Part shown: positions 1-10,327 of the stretch, piece after piece
How positions within the stretch are numbered: the stretch's first letter is position 1
Layout of the letters: each line of letters begins with the position of its first letter
From: Bacillota bacterium
Lineage (GTDB): Bacteria; Bacillota; Clostridia; Saccharofermentanales; DTU023
DNA length: 64,000 nt
Assembly: GCA_023426575.1 (NCBI GenBank)
Contig: JAFAAL010000014.1
Span: 21,524-85,523, forward strand
Direction: 5' to 3'
Position numbers and translations under genes: made by a program
The notes under the pieces: generated by a model
The model's input: only the letters and a program-made list of their open reading frames with translations
Database searches by the model: none
What the model was told of the DNA's origin: nothing

Positions 1-1
1 A

Positions 2-349
2 TTATTTCTGGACCTGTGCACAAATCTTGGCAAAGGCTTCCTTGTCGTTGACAGCAAGTTCTGCGAGCACTTTGCGATCGAGTTGAATATTGTTCTGTTT
101 CAGACCATTGATCAACCGCGAGTAGCTCAGCCCATTATTTCTGGCCTCCGCGTTGATTCTGGTAATCCAGAGCTTTCTAAAGTCACGCTTTTTCAGACGA
201 CGGTGGGTATAGGCGTACTGCCCCGACTTCATCACCTGCTGATGCGCCACCTTAAAGAGCTTTTTCTTGTTGCCAAAATAACCCTTGGCCTGCTTGATTA
301 CTTTCTTGTGTCGTGCTCTTGTTCTGACACCACGTTTAATTCTTGCCAT
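2..349 (-). CDS. rplT: 50S ribosomal protein L20 (bL20)
   Basis: 115-aa [29 protein letters not shown]... is an unmistakable L20 sequence. It is the last gene of the infC-rpmI-rplT arrangement. Confidence 0.97.
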   Translation of the reverse strand: MARIKRGVRTRARHKKVIKQAKGYFGNKKKLFKVAHQQVMKSGQYAYTHRRLKKRDFRKLWITRINAEARNNGLSYSRLINGLKQNNIQLDRKVLAELAVNDKEAFAKICAQVQK

Positions 350-363
350 TGTTCAGACCTCCC

Positions 364-561
364 CTATTTATATGGAATCAGCTGCTTGATGCGCTTGGTG
401 TCGGGATCACTCGCGACGATGACGCGACGCAGTTTACGTTTTCTCTTGGTGGTCTTCTTGGTTAAGATGTGCTTCTTAAATGCCTGGGCACGCTTGACCT
501 TGCCAGTGCCAGTGACTTTGAAGCGCTTCTTTGAAGAGCTGTGAGTTTTTTGCTTAGCCAT
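364..561 (-). CDS. rpmI: 50S ribosomal protein L35 (bL35)
   Basis: 65-aa basic [27 protein letters not shown]..., lying between infC and rplT. Confidence 0.97.
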   Translation of the reverse strand: MAKQKTHSSSKKRFKVTGTGKVKRAQAFKKHILTKKTTKRKRKLRRVIVASDPDTKRIKQLIPYK

Positions 562-572
562 TATTATCTCCT

Positions 573-1097
573 TTATTGTTCTTTGATAGGTGCCAAGTAC
601 ATGACCATATTCCGGCCTTCCATGCGCGGGGGGCGATCTATCTTGCCCAGGTCCGAGACGGCCTCGGCAAATTCTTGCATGACATCGACACCTTGATTTT
701 GATAGTTCATCTCGCGGCCTCTGAAGCGGATGACGACCTTGACGCGATCTTCTTTGCTGAGGAAACGCCTTGCGTTCTTGACCTTGACATTGAAGTCATG
801 TTCCTCCGTCGTCAGCTTGATCTGAACCTCTTTGACCTGAGTGACTTTCTGATTCTTCTTCGCCTCTCGTGCCCGTTTAGACTGCTCAAAGGCATACTTC
901 CCATAGTCCATAATCTTACAGACGGGGTTGTCCTTTTGGTCTGCGATCAGAACGAGATCTAAATTAGCTGCCAGAGCCTCTTCGAGGGCTCTCTGCCGGG
1001 AGACCATCCCGACCATCTCCCCGTTCGCGTCAATCAAGCGGACGTTGTCGTAGCGAATCGCCTCATTGATCAGGGTGCTGTCTTTATGCTTTGCGAT
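573..1097 (-). CDS. infC: translation initiation factor IF-3, non-ATG (ATC) start
   Basis: The ORF-track version (573..1037) lacks the conserved N-terminus. The in-frame upstream reading [23 protein letters not shown] matches the IF-3 N-terminal region. AAGGAGG (1110..1104) is followed by CAA ATC ATC, and there is no ATG/GTG/TTG in frame. The C-terminal part ([10 protein letters not shown]..., RFRGREM) is classic IF-3. Confidence 0.9.
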   Translation of the reverse strand: MAKHKDSTLINEAIRYDNVRLIDANGEMVGMVSRQRALEEALAANLDLVLIADQKDNPVCKIMDYGKYAFEQSKRAREAKKNQKVTQVKEVQIKLTTEEHDFNVKVKNARRFLSKEDRVKVVIRFRGREMNYQNQGVDVMQEFAEAVSDLGKIDRPPRMEGRNMVMYLAPIKEQ

Positions 1098-1100
1098 GAT

Positions 1101-1224
1101 TTGCCTCCTTTACACGCAAAAAAAGCGGATCTGATTCCGCTCGCAAAAATATCCATTAGCTGGGATAAATTCATAAACCTCTTCGCCTAGGCTCAAGGTG
1201 AGACCGGAATCTGCTTGATGTACA
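1101..1224 (-). promoter_or_regulatory. infC-rpmI-rplT 5' leader (L20-leader-like attenuator)
   Basis: A ~125-nt untranslated leader lies between a consensus promoter and the SD. GAUUCCG (1211..1205) is complementary to the terminator 5' arm CGGAAUC (1139..1133), giving a possible antiterminator. Position and logic match the Firmicute L20 leader. The covariance model was not run. Confidence 0.45.
1118..1141 (-). terminator. intrinsic terminator / attenuator in the infC leader
   Basis: Minus-strand RNA AGCGGA-AUCAGA-UCCGCU is followed by U7, ending 7 nt before the infC SD. Confidence 0.55.
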
Positions 1225-1230
1225 AGGGTG

Positions 1231-1259
1231 ATTATAGGGAGTGGGATCAGGCCTGTCAA
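1231..1259 (-). promoter_or_regulatory. sigma-70-type promoter of the infC operon
   Basis: On the minus strand: TTGACA (1259..1254), 17 nt, TATAAT (1236..1231). Both hexamers are consensus. Confidence 0.6.
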
Positions 1260-1306
1260 GCCCTGGCCGTCGCCAATGAGCCAATCGGCCTGACCCTCCT
1301 CTCCCC

Positions 1307-4120
1307 TTATCTTCTGTCGCGATGATAGATGAGCTTAAACAGCTCCCCTGAGACAAAGGGGATCAGGGCCAGGCCGACAATAATCCCCCAGTCTCTCAGA
1401 TTGGGTGTAATCGTAAAGAATAGGCGATCCAGGGCAGGGACAAAGACGACCAAGAGCATCATGACAAATGAGAGCAAGACAGCCTTGTTCATCGTCTTAT
1501 TACTGAAGAAGCCCAGCTTAAAGACGGACTGCGCCTCAGAGCGCGAGGTAAAGGCTCTGAGTAACTCTGCTGTGATCAAAGTGACGAAGGCAAAGGTTCG
1601 AGCACCGTGAGAGGGCTCATAGCCCGGCGTCGCCCAGAAATTAAAGTCTTGAGCGACGGTCTGAATCCCAGCTTGAGCTTTGAGCAAGACGTCTGGGTAG
1701 AGGTAGCGGCCAATCTGAAAAGCTGAGAAGACAGCTATGAAGATTGCTAGAGATTGCACCAGAATCGCCAAGATCATCTCCTTGTTGATGATCCGCTCAC
1801 GCGGGTCCCGAGGAGGCAGGCTCATGATGTGTGCCTCTCCCTTCTCTCGGCCGAGAGCGAGGGCAGGAAATGAGTCCGTGACGAGGTTCAGCCAGAGTAA
1901 TTGGATGGGTAAGAGCGGTGTAAATTGAGGTCCGAGCATCATCGTCGTCAAGAAAATGACGAGGATCTCTCCGACATTACAAGAGAGCAGGAAGCCGACA
2001 AATTTACGGATATTCGAATAGATGACGCGCCCTTCTTCAACGGCCGAGACAATGGTGGCGAAGTTGTCGTCGGTCAGAATCATCTCCGCCGAATTCTTAG
2101 ACACTTCGGTTCCCGTAATGCCCATTGCCACTCCAATATCAGCCTGTTTTAGTGCTGGAGCATCGTTGACGCCATCGCCTGTCATCGAGACCGTATGGCC
2201 ATTCTCTTGCAGCTGGCGGACAATTCTGAGTTTGTGTTCCGGGGAGACGCGTGCATAGACACGGATGTCCTCGACCTCAGAAGCGAAGTCGGAATCGCTC
2301 ATCTCGTCGAGAATGAGGCCGTCGACAACCCGATCTCCTGGCGCTAGCATCCCGAGGTCACGGGCGATGGCCTCGGCCGTATCGCGATAGTCCCCCGTGA
2401 TCATCACTGGCTGGATGCCTGCCTGACGACAGATGGCGATCGCTTCTTTGGCCTCTGTACGAGCGGGGTCAATCATGCCGACGAGTCCTAAGAAAATCAT
2501 CTCCTCTTCGGCCAGATCTGCATGGGTAAAGGGCTTGTAGGCGAAGGCGAGAACGCGGAGAGCGGCTCTCGCCATCTCACTATTCTTCTCGAGAATAATG
2601 TTGCGGCGCTCTGCCGTCAGAGGGCGGAGCTCAGAGTGAAATAATTCATGACTGCAGCGCGAGAGCAAAATGTCTGGCGCCCCCTTGGTCAGGGAGCGCA
2701 CGCCCTCCGGAAAACCATCGTGGAAGACGGACATCATCTTGCGTTCAGAGTCAAAGGGCAGGTCGCCCACTTTGGCATAGCGCTCCGCGAGATCTCTGGC
2801 TTCGACATTGAGCTTGCCTGCCAAGGTCAAGAGGGCTCCCTCCGTGGGATCGCCCAGCACGCGCCACTCGCCATTCTCCCCTTGCTCTAACTGCGCATCG
2901 TTACAGAGCGTGCAGACCTCTAGAACTTGCAGGAGAGCCTGATTCGACGCCGGCTCCGCAATAATATTTCCCTCGTGGTCGAGAATCTCACCACTCGGCT
3001 CGTAGCCGATGCCGTTGACCGTCATCATCTGATCACCGACATAGACTTTTTGAACCGTCATCTCATTTTGGGTCAGAGTCCCCGTCTTGTCAGAGCAGAT
3101 TGTGTCGACTGAGCCCAGCGTCTCGACGGCCATGAGTCGCTTGACAATGGCGTGCTTCTTAGCCATGCGGTTCATGCCGAGGGCGAGGACGATCGTGACG
3201 ACTGCAGGCAGCCCTTCTGGGATGGCTGCAACCGCCAGAGAGACGGCCGTCATCAAGAGCTTGAGAGGTTCTCCGCCCTGAAGCAGACCAGAGACAAAGA
3301 CAATGATCGAGATGGCAATACAGATCATGCCGAGAATATTGCCGAGGTGATTGAGGTTCTTCTGGAGAGGAGTCTCTTCCTTTTCGATCGAGGTCAAGGA
3401 ACTGGCAATCTGGCCAAGAATCGTCGCCTCACCCGTCTGAGTCACGACAGCACGGCCACGGCCATAAGTCAGAGAGGTCCCTGAGAAGAGAAGATTCTCC
3501 CGATCGCCGAGGCTGACTTTCTCTTCGGTCGAGAAATCAGCATTCTTTTCTACCGCGAGAGATTCGCCCGTCAGCGCCGCCTCCTCTGCCTTGAGATTCG
3601 ACGACTCGAAAAGGCGCAGATCAGCGGGCACGATATCCCCTGCCTCGAGAATGACCACATCGCCGGGGACGAGATCCTGACTGCCGAGCATCATCTCGCG
3701 ACCGTCGCGCAGAACTCTCGACTTGGGAGCCGACATCTTCTGCAGAGCCTCGATCGCCTGCTCGGCCTTGCCCTCTTGGACAACGCCCAAAATCGCATTA
3801 ATGATGACGATGGCAAGAATGATCAAAGAGGCGTAGACGTCTCCTTGGAAAATAGAGAGAATCGAGGCTGCAATCAAGATCAGGACCATCGTGTCCTTGA
3901 ACTGATTGAGGAACTTGCGCCACATCGGCTCGCGCTCCTCCGCCTTGAGAGCATTGGGGCCATAGAGCGCCAATCTCGTCTCTGCCTCTGCAGCGCTGAG
4001 ACCCAGCTTGGGATCCGTCTTGAGTTTTTCGATAAGACTTGGCAGGGCGAGCTGATAGCTCTCCTCTTCAGAGATTGGAGAGGGCTGCTGAGCCGTCAAT
4101 GTGAGATCGTTATTTTTCAT
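1307..4120 (-). CDS. calcium-type (P2A-like) cation-transporting P-type ATPase
   Basis: Motifs [13 protein letters not shown] (phosphorylation site), PEGLPAVVT and [21 protein letters not shown], with 10-TM architecture. ATG at 4120 (MKNNDLTL) is preferred over TTG at 4135. Confidence 0.9.
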   Translation of the reverse strand: MKNNDLTLTAQQPSPISEEESYQLALPSLIEKLKTDPKLGLSAAEAETRLALYGPNALKAEEREPMWRKFLNQFKDTMVLILIAASILSIFQGDVYASLIILAIVIINAILGVVQEGKAEQAIEALQKMSAPKSRVLRDGREMMLGSQDLVPGDVVILEAGDIVPADLRLFESSNLKAEEAALTGESLAVEKNADFSTEEKVSLGDRENLLFSGTSLTYGRGRAVVTQTGEATILGQIASSLTSIEKEETPLQKNLNHLGNILGMICIAISIIVFVSGLLQGGEPLKLLMTAVSLAVAAIPEGLPAVVTIVLALGMNRMAKKHAIVKRLMAVETLGSVDTICSDKTGTLTQNEMTVQKVYVGDQMMTVNGIGYEPSGEILDHEGNIIAEPASNQALLQVLEVCTLCNDAQLEQGENGEWRVLGDPTEGALLTLAGKLNVEARDLAERYAKVGDLPFDSERKMMSVFHDGFPEGVRSLTKGAPDILLSRCSHELFHSELRPLTAERRNIILEKNSEMARAALRVLAFAYKPFTHADLAEEEMIFLGLVGMIDPARTEAKEAIAICRQAGIQPVMITGDYRDTAEAIARDLGMLAPGDRVVDGLILDEMSDSDFASEVEDIRVYARVSPEHKLRIVRQLQENGHTVSMTGDGVNDAPALKQADIGVAMGITGTEVSKNSAEMILTDDNFATIVSAVEEGRVIYSNIRKFVGFLLSCNVGEILVIFLTTMMLGPQFTPLLPIQLLWLNLVTDSFPALALGREKGEAHIMSLPPRDPRERIINKEMILAILVQSLAIFIAVFSAFQIGRYLYPDVLLKAQAGIQTVAQDFNFWATPGYEPSHGARTFAFVTLITAELLRAFTSRSEAQSVFKLGFFSNKTMNKAVLLSFVMMLLVVFVPALDRLFFTITPNLRDWGIIVGLALIPFVSGELFKLIYHRDRR

Positions 4121-4144
4121 TTGACACCTATACAAATTAATGCT

Positions 4145-5563
4145 TTATGCAACGGGATCTTCATCGGCGACAGTATCGTCGATGCTGACCTTGACACGGG
4201 CGATTCTGCGATCATCCATCTCGAGGACCTGGAAGTGGAAGCGTCCATAGTCGACAGACGCCTCCTCACCTTCCTGAGGAATGTATTCGAGGAGACCGAG
4301 GACTAGACCGGCGATCGTATCATAGTCATCGAACTCATCATCCTCCGTGAAGATCTCAAGTTTGGGCAGATAGCGCGCGGACTCATCGATGGACAGCAGT
4401 CCGTCGAGGATGAAATTGTGCTCATCGATGGCCACAAAGGGCTCACGCGCCTCATCGTATTCATCTTCAATCTTGCCGACGATTTGCTCGAGGACATCCT
4501 CAATCGAGACTATACCGTCGGTTCCCCCGTACTCGTCGACGACAATTGCCATCGAATGGCGCATCTGTTGCATCTCTCGAAAGAGCACAGAGAGCGACTT
4601 GCTCTCGGGGGTAAAGAGAGCTGGCCGAATATTGTCGGCGAGCTGAAAATTCTCCCGATCGCTCTCCGTCGAGACAAATCGGAGGAGATCCTTGATATGT
4701 AAGATGCCGACGATATCATCGATATCCTCGTCATAGACAGGAATGCGTGAGTAGCGCTCAGCTGCAGCTGTCTCGATGACCTCCTGGTAACTGGCCGTCA
4801 GAGGCAGACTGACCATATTCGTCCGAGGCGTCATAATTTCAGAGACTTCTTTATCGTCGAGCTCGAAAATGTTATTGATCATTTCCGCCTCTTCCTTATC
4901 GATGTCGCCGGAAGCGCGAGAGGCCTCTGCCATGAGACGAATCTCCTCCTCTGTCACGCGCTCATTGCCAATTTGAGGATTGATGCCGAGTAGGAGAGAA
5001 ATCTTGACAGAGAACCAGTTGAGAATCGAGGCGATCGGCTTCAGGAAAAACGCAAAAAAGCGAAAGACCGAGACAAAGGCTCGGGCAAAGCGCTCTGGAT
5101 TATAGAGTCCGATCCGCTTGGGTACGAGCTCGCCAAAGACGAGCGTAAAGGCAGACAAGATCAGCGTCATTCCAAAAGTGATGACCCCATGGAGCCAGAC
5201 CTTTTGCAAATTCGGGTCGAGCCAGAGGTATATCGGGCGCGAAAACTTGGCGGCGGCAAAGGCTGATGACAAGAAGCCGGCCAAGGTGACACCCACTTGG
5301 ATCATCGCCAAGAAGCTGCCCTGATTTTCAATAAAGGGCATGAGCAACTTGGCCTTGCGATCCCCGCTTTCAGCCTCTTTTTTTATCTTTTGATCATTCA
5401 AGGTGACAATGGCCATCTCAGAAGCCGAGAAAAAGCCATTGAGCAAAATCAAGACGAGAATGAGAATAATGCTGCTTAGATAGGACGTTCCACCGATCTC
5501 TCCGCCCCTTGTTGCGGCGAATAAATGTGTGTAGAGTAATCGCGGTATGACATCGTCTTCCAC
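4145..5563 (-). CDS. CNNM/HlyC/CorC-family protein (DUF21 membrane domain + CBS pair + CorC_HlyC C-terminal domain)
   Basis: N-terminal TM region with the ...FFSASEMAIV motif, a central CBS-pair region (IMTPRTNMV, IPVYDEDIDDIVGILHIKDLL) and a C-terminal CorC-type domain. GTG start. Confidence 0.85.
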   Translation of the reverse strand: MEDDVIPRLLYTHLFAATRGGEIGGTSYLSSIILILVLILLNGFFSASEMAIVTLNDQKIKKEAESGDRKAKLLMPFIENQGSFLAMIQVGVTLAGFLSSAFAAAKFSRPIYLWLDPNLQKVWLHGVITFGMTLILSAFTLVFGELVPKRIGLYNPERFARAFVSVFRFFAFFLKPIASILNWFSVKISLLLGINPQIGNERVTEEEIRLMAEASRASGDIDKEEAEMINNIFELDDKEVSEIMTPRTNMVSLPLTASYQEVIETAAAERYSRIPVYDEDIDDIVGILHIKDLLRFVSTESDRENFQLADNIRPALFTPESKSLSVLFREMQQMRHSMAIVVDEYGGTDGIVSIEDVLEQIVGKIEDEYDEAREPFVAIDEHNFILDGLLSIDESARYLPKLEIFTEDDEFDDYDTIAGLVLGLLEYIPQEGEEASVDYGRFHFQVLEMDDRRIARVKVSIDDTVADEDPVA

Positions 5564-5623
5564 TGCTTTGTGTTTCCTCCGTAGTCTATCGCTGAGTGAC
5601 GTTTGTTAAACGGAATATAACAC

Positions 5624-5653
5624 AAAAAAAAGAAGCCCTGCAAGTCACAGGGC
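5624..5653 (-). terminator. intrinsic terminator downstream of the sirtuin gene
   Basis: Minus-strand GCCCUG-UGACUUG-CAGGGC followed by UUCUUUUUUUU. Confidence 0.6.
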
Positions 5654-5669
5654 AGTTCACTATCCTAGA

Positions 5670-6422
5670 CTACAGAACCATCAAGCGTCTCAAGGCGAGG
5701 CAGACCTCGGCAATGGGACAGTCAATGACGAGATCCAATCTGCGTGAACAGGAGACGGCCCCCTGATTGATTAAGACAATCCGACCGCCAGCCCTCTGGT
5801 AATTGATAAAGGCTGCCGCAGGATAGACAGTCAGAGATGTCCCACCGACAATGAGCAGCTCAGCCCGAGAAATCTCATAGAGAGCCTGCCTGACAGCCTC
5901 CTCTGGCAGAGCTTCGCCATAGAGAACGATGTCTGGACGCAAGAGACCCTTGCAGTCAGGACAGTGAGGGACGTGCTCCAGCTCAATGACTCTGCCGAGC
6001 TCATACTGTCTGTGGCAGCGCGTACAGCTGAAGCTCAAAGTCGTCCCATGGACTTCGATAACACGCTTAGCACCCGCCGCCTGGTGCAGGCCGTCGATAT
6101 TTTGGGTGATGACAGAAGCGAGGAGCCCCCGTTCTTCCAATTGAGCGAGAAGCTCATGCGCAGGATTGGGATGAATGTCTCTCAGCATGAAGAACTCGCG
6201 GTAAAAATCATAAAAAGCCTCAGGCTGCTGCTGAAAAAAAGAAGAGCTTAGAATCTCTTCGACACGAGCATTCCTCTGATAGAGCCCGTCACGTCCGCGA
6301 AAATCTGGCAGATTGGAAGCCGTGGAGACCCCAGCGCCTCCAAAAAAGACCGTGTACTGACTGGCCTCGAGCATCGGCAAGAGAGCTTTGGCCGCCGCCT
6401 CTGGACTATAGATCGGATCCAT
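5670..6422 (-). CDS. cobB: NAD-dependent protein deacylase, Sir2 family
   Basis: GAGVSTASNLPDFRG, QNIDGLH and a CxxC...CxxC zinc module (CTRCH...CPDC). ATG at 6422 follows GGGAGG; the longer ORF start at 6464 has no SD. Confidence 0.88.
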   Translation of the reverse strand: MDPIYSPEAAAKALLPMLEASQYTVFFGGAGVSTASNLPDFRGRDGLYQRNARVEEILSSSFFQQQPEAFYDFYREFFMLRDIHPNPAHELLAQLEERGLLASVITQNIDGLHQAAGAKRVIEVHGTTLSFSCTRCHRQYELGRVIELEHVPHCPDCKGLLRPDIVLYGEALPEEAVRQALYEISRAELLIVGGTSLTVYPAAAFINYQRAGGRIVLINQGAVSCSRRLDLVIDCPIAEVCLALRRLMVL

Positions 6423-6494
6423 AAGACACCTCCCTGCGACCATCTTAGCAAAAAAGAATGTCACGGAACAATGGACTCCCGGACCCTCGCCTGG

Positions 6495-6540
6495 AGAGAG
6501 AAAAAGAAAACCCTAGGAGAACTAAGTCTCTAGGGTTTTC
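6495..6540 (-). terminator. intrinsic terminator after tRNA-Lys
   Basis: 10-bp stem AAAACCCUAG/CUAGGGUUUU (6507..6516 / 6530..6539), followed on the minus strand by CUUUUUCUCUC. Confidence 0.6.
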
Positions 6541-6543
6541 TCT

Positions 6544-6619
6544 TGGTGCGCCATCAGGGATTCGAACCCGGGACCCACTGATTAAGAGTCAGTTGCTCTA
6601 CCACCTGAGCTAATGGCGC
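6544..6619 (-). tRNA. tRNA-Lys (anticodon CUU)
   Basis: Reverse complement GCGCCATTAGCTCAGGTGGTAGAGC...ACTGA-CTCTTAA-TCAGT...GGTTCGAATCC...ATGGCGCACCA. It has a 7-bp acceptor stem, D/T arms and an encoded CCA. One C-T mismatch in the T stem. Confidence 0.92.
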
Positions 6620-6631
6620 GACTGCCTTGCT

Positions 6632-6660
6632 ATCATAGACCCGATCAGGAAAGCTGTCAA
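6632..6660 (-). promoter_or_regulatory. promoter of tRNA-Lys
   Basis: Minus strand: TTGACA (6660..6655), 17 nt, TATGAT (6637..6632), ending 12 nt before the tRNA 5' end. Confidence 0.55.
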
Positions 6661-6687
6661 TAGCTGTCTCTGCAAAAATTCACAAAT

Positions 6688-6726
6688 AAAAAAAGGCCCA
6701 CGACAGAGCCTTTGCGTCGTGGACCC
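6688..6726 (-). terminator. intrinsic terminator after kbl
   Basis: Minus-strand GGUCCACGAC...GUCGUGGGCC hairpin followed by U7. Confidence 0.65.
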
Positions 6727-6744
6727 AGCACATTGCGATCGATT

Positions 6745-7932
6745 CTAGAGCTCGTACTTCTCCTTCATCTCTCTGAAGACGGAGAGCACGTAGTCGAGGT
6801 CTTCACGGCTGTGCGCAGCAGAGACCTGGACACGAATGCGGTCCTTGCCCTCCGGAACGACAGGATATTTGAAGGCGACGACGTAGACGCCGCGGGCCAA
6901 CATCTCATCAGCAATTTGGATGGCCTTGATGGGATCAAAGACCATGATGGGCACGATGGGGTGAGTGCCAGGAATGATCGTCAGTCCAATCTCTTCCACG
7001 CCCTTGCGGAAGTATTCGGTATTCTCGCGCAACTTTTTCAGCTGGGCGGGCTCTGATTCAATGATGCGCAAGACCTCGAGACTCGTCGAGGCAATCGCGG
7101 GAGCGAGTGTGTTGGAGAAAAGATATGGTCTACTCTTCTGGCGGAGAAGATCGACAATCGCCTGGCTCGATGCGGTGAAGCCACCGGAGGCTCCGCCCAT
7201 CGCCTTGCCCAGGGTCGAGGTCAAAATATCAACGCGCCCCTTGACAGCACAGTGTTCAATCGTCCCGCGTCCCGTCTCTCCGACAAATCCCGAAGCATGG
7301 GAATCATCGACCATGACCAGGGCATCATATTGCTCGGCAAGATCACAGACAGACTTCAAGTCACAGATAATCCCGTCCATCGAAAAGACGCCGTCGGTGG
7401 CGATCAGCTTGATGCGCGCCCCCTTCTCATCCGCTTCCTTGAGGCAGCGCTCCAGATCGGCCATGTCGTTATTGAGATAGCGGTAGCGCTGCGCCTTACA
7501 CAGTCTGACGCCGTCGATAATCGACGCATGATTGAGCTGGTCGGAAATGATGGCATCTTCAGGGCCGAGCAGGGTCTCGAAGAGACCGCCATTGGCATCG
7601 AAGCAGGAAGAATACAAGATGACATCTTCGAAGCCAAAGAACTCACTCAGCTTCTTCTCGAGTTCCTTGTGGACAGTCTGTGTCCCGCAGATAAAGCGCA
7701 CAGATGAGAGTCCATAGCCCCATTGATCGTAGCTTTTCTTGGCCGCAGCGACCAATCGAGGATCGCTTGCCAAGCCGAGGTAGTTGTTGGCGCACATATT
7801 GATGACGCCGTCAGCCTGCTTTGTGTTGATCCGATTGCCCTGAGGAGTCGTAATGACGCGCTCAGCGACAAACAAGCCGTCGTCCTTTAGTTTTTGGACC
7901 TGTTCTCCAATGATTTTAAGACCAGTCTTCAT
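6745..7932 (-). CDS. kbl: glycine C-acetyltransferase (2-amino-3-ketobutyrate CoA ligase)
   Basis: Near-colinear with E. coli Kbl as I recall it: [69 protein letters not shown]. Confidence 0.9.
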   Translation of the reverse strand: MKTGLKIIGEQVQKLKDDGLFVAERVITTPQGNRINTKQADGVINMCANNYLGLASDPRLVAAAKKSYDQWGYGLSSVRFICGTQTVHKELEKKLSEFFGFEDVILYSSCFDANGGLFETLLGPEDAIISDQLNHASIIDGVRLCKAQRYRYLNNDMADLERCLKEADEKGARIKLIATDGVFSMDGIICDLKSVCDLAEQYDALVMVDDSHASGFVGETGRGTIEHCAVKGRVDILTSTLGKAMGGASGGFTASSQAIVDLLRQKSRPYLFSNTLAPAIASTSLEVLRIIESEPAQLKKLRENTEYFRKGVEEIGLTIIPGTHPIVPIMVFDPIKAIQIADEMLARGVYVVAFKYPVVPEGKDRIRVQVSAAHSREDLDYVLSVFREMKEKYEL

Positions 7933-8011
7933 CACATGATTAGCGGCTCTAGTCCGCCCCTCCTTTAACTCTTATATGTTTATTGTAGCACATGAGTCCT
8001 ATCTGACAGAC

Positions 8012-10327
8012 TCAGTCAGCTAATTTCTGGCAAAAAAAGCCCCCCTTGCGCGCCAGGTTCAAGAGCTCAAGGTCTGAACTCAAGTAGATGATCTGACGCC
8101 CATGGTCTCTGGCCTCACGCCCTAGAAGATCGAGGAGGCGTCTCTTGCGCTCACTGTCGAGACGCAGGGCTGGGTCATCGAGAATCAGCGGCAGCGCTTC
8201 CCTCTGCTCTCCGATTAAGCGCGCATAGGCCAATGCCATGGAAAGATGCACGAGATCACGTGTTCCACTCGAAAAATAGGCCTCATGCCTATGCAAGTGC
8301 TCGGTGGCAAGTTCAAGCTCAAGTTCTAAGTCTGCACTGCTATAAAGGGCGGAGAAGCGATCAGCCGTCAAGTCAGCGAGGAATTCTGAAGCCAGGTCCA
8401 AGAGAGCTACGTGACCTTGCCTCTTTAATCTCTCTTCACTGGCCTCACCGATATCAATCGCCAAGTCGAGAACGGCAACGCGCTCATGAAGGTCCAAGAT
8501 TCTGCGCTCGAGCTCCTGCAAATCGCGCGCTAAATCTGCCGAGGTCTCACTGCGGGCCAAGCTGAGTTCTAATTCGCGGCTCAATTCAGCTTCACGCGTC
8601 CACAGTTCTTCTAAGGTCTTTTGGCTCAGAGCCAAGGACGCCTGCGACGCGCGGGGAAGCGCCTCCAGCTCCTTTTGCACTTCAGCCTCGCGGATCTCAG
8701 CTCGCTTCAGTTCCCGTAAAAACTCAGCTTCACTGAGCCCAGAGAGAATCCTCTGCTTCCGCCCTTCCCATTCGAGCGTCTGTCGCGCTCTCTGTTCCGA
8801 GTTGATACTGGCCTTGAGGACGTCGTGATAGATTTGGCTGAGCTCAGAGGGCTCGGGCTTACGCCCAATCACGGAACTTAAAAAGTGGAGGTAATCCGAG
8901 CGGACGCGACGAAAATGTCGTTCCGCTTCTCCACGCTCAATCTCAGCATCTTCCCTCTGTTCAAGAATCTGCTGGAGATCATCATCCATTTGCTGGAGGC
9001 GCCAGCCAAGTTCTTGAGCCTTCTTTGAACGAGAAGGGCGCTCCCAACGCTCTTGAGGTCGACGCTCTTGGCTCAGAGCTCGGTGCTGCGAGAGATAGGA
9101 CCAGAGCGCCACCCCCAGGGCTAAGAGTCCGAGGCCGACAGCAGGCCAGCGCAGACTCTGCACGAGGACCGCCACGAGCAAAGAGAGGCAGGCTAGGCCC
9201 AGGGGCGCGATAAGATATCCGCCAGAGACCCGCTTTGAGGGGCGTCTTTCTTCTGGCTCTCTAGGCGCTCTCAGCTCCTCTTGTCTCAGGACTTCAACTT
9301 GTCTGGAGAGCTCATGCATTCCCTTCTCTTTGGCCTCGCGAGCCTGCTGCAACGATGTCACTCTCTCGTGAGACTTTTGGAGACTTGCTTCTGCCTCTTG
9401 AAATAAGCTGGCATGGAAACTGAGCTCATCCATCTGCTTCAAGCTGAGATGGACAGCATTCGGTAGAGTGACTGTCTGCGAGCCTTCCCTCTCAACTTGT
9501 CGATGTCCCGCTGTCGTCGTTGCTCTCTCCTGCTCGGCGATGAGCGCTGTCCAGATCTCGCCCCGTTTCCTAAGATCCTGGAGCGCCCGCAATTCTGAAC
9601 TCAATTGATCGTATTGACTTTGGCTCTCAAGACTCTCTCTCTCAGCTCTCATGGCGTCTCTTTGACGTCTCAGCTCCACTTGCTTTTTTTCAAGTTCGAG
9701 AGCCCTATAGTAGGCCTCTCGACAGGCTTCTCGCCTGCTTTCAAGCTCATAGATCTCTCCGCCATTTCCGCGATAGGCCATCAGCATCCTTCGCTCGTCT
9801 TGGAGATCGCGCTTGATCCCCTCCCAGTAAGCACTCGTTTGCTTACTGAACTGTTGACGGGCATAGAGAGACTGCCAGTGGCTAAATGCGCTCTCGGAAG
9901 CCAGCCGATCACTGACGATAGCTGCAGCTAGATAGTCTTCCGCAGACAAATCTAAGAGCTCTCTGCCGAGGGCATCACTCGTCTCCGGCAGATCTGTCTG
10001 CCCTGTCTGAAGATCGATGATGCGCACCGTATCAGCGCCGGAGCTCGCCTGAAATTCGCGGTGAATGAGGAGGTCACGGCCTCCCAGTGCTAGACGCAAG
10101 TCACCCCCATAGCTCTGTCCACCCCATGGGCGATAGCGCTCTCTTAAATCTCTCTCGAGGAATTTTGAGCGACGTGGGAAGCCATAGAGACTCGCGTAAA
10201 TAAAGGCCGCCAAAGTAGACTTGCCCGCCTCATTCGGAGCGTAGAGAAAGTGCAAGGGCTGTCCCAGAGCCAGTTTAAACTCCTGATAGACGCCGAAGCC
10301 GTGAATGTCGAGGTGGAGAAATCTCAT
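8012..10327 (-). CDS. SbcC/YhaN-like AAA ATPase with a central transmembrane hairpin
   Basis: N-terminal Walker A (PNEAGKSTL), long coiled-coil-like Glu/Arg/Leu-rich arms, two central hydrophobic helices (LIAPLGLACLSLLVAVLV / AVGLGLLALGVALWSYL) and C-terminal Walker B (PLILDDP). ATGA overlap with the upstream nuclease gene. Confidence 0.75.
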   Translation of the reverse strand: MRFLHLDIHGFGVYQEFKLALGQPLHFLYAPNEAGKSTLAAFIYASLYGFPRRSKFLERDLRERYRPWGGQSYGGDLRLALGGRDLLIHREFQASSGADTVRIIDLQTGQTDLPETSDALGRELLDLSAEDYLAAAIVSDRLASESAFSHWQSLYARQQFSKQTSAYWEGIKRDLQDERRMLMAYRGNGGEIYELESRREACREAYYRALELEKKQVELRRQRDAMRAERESLESQSQYDQLSSELRALQDLRKRGEIWTALIAEQERATTTAGHRQVEREGSQTVTLPNAVHLSLKQMDELSFHASLFQEAEASLQKSHERVTSLQQAREAKEKGMHELSRQVEVLRQEELRAPREPEERRPSKRVSGGYLIAPLGLACLSLLVAVLVQSLRWPAVGLGLLALGVALWSYLSQHRALSQERRPQERWERPSRSKKAQELGWRLQQMDDDLQQILEQREDAEIERGEAERHFRRVRSDYLHFLSSVIGRKPEPSELSQIYHDVLKASINSEQRARQTLEWEGRKQRILSGLSEAEFLRELKRAEIREAEVQKELEALPRASQASLALSQKTLEELWTREAELSRELELSLARSETSADLARDLQELERRILDLHERVAVLDLAIDIGEASEERLKRQGHVALLDLASEFLADLTADRFSALYSSADLELELELATEHLHRHEAYFSSGTRDLVHLSMALAYARLIGEQREALPLILDDPALRLDSERKRRLLDLLGREARDHGRQIIYLSSDLELLNLARKGGFFCQKLAD

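Noticed and set aside
1171-1356. 61-aa minus-strand ORF inside the infC leader / ATPase 3' end
   Set aside because: It overlaps the P-type ATPase 3' end out of frame and covers the promoter and leader region. Pro/Arg/Gly-rich composition, no SD.
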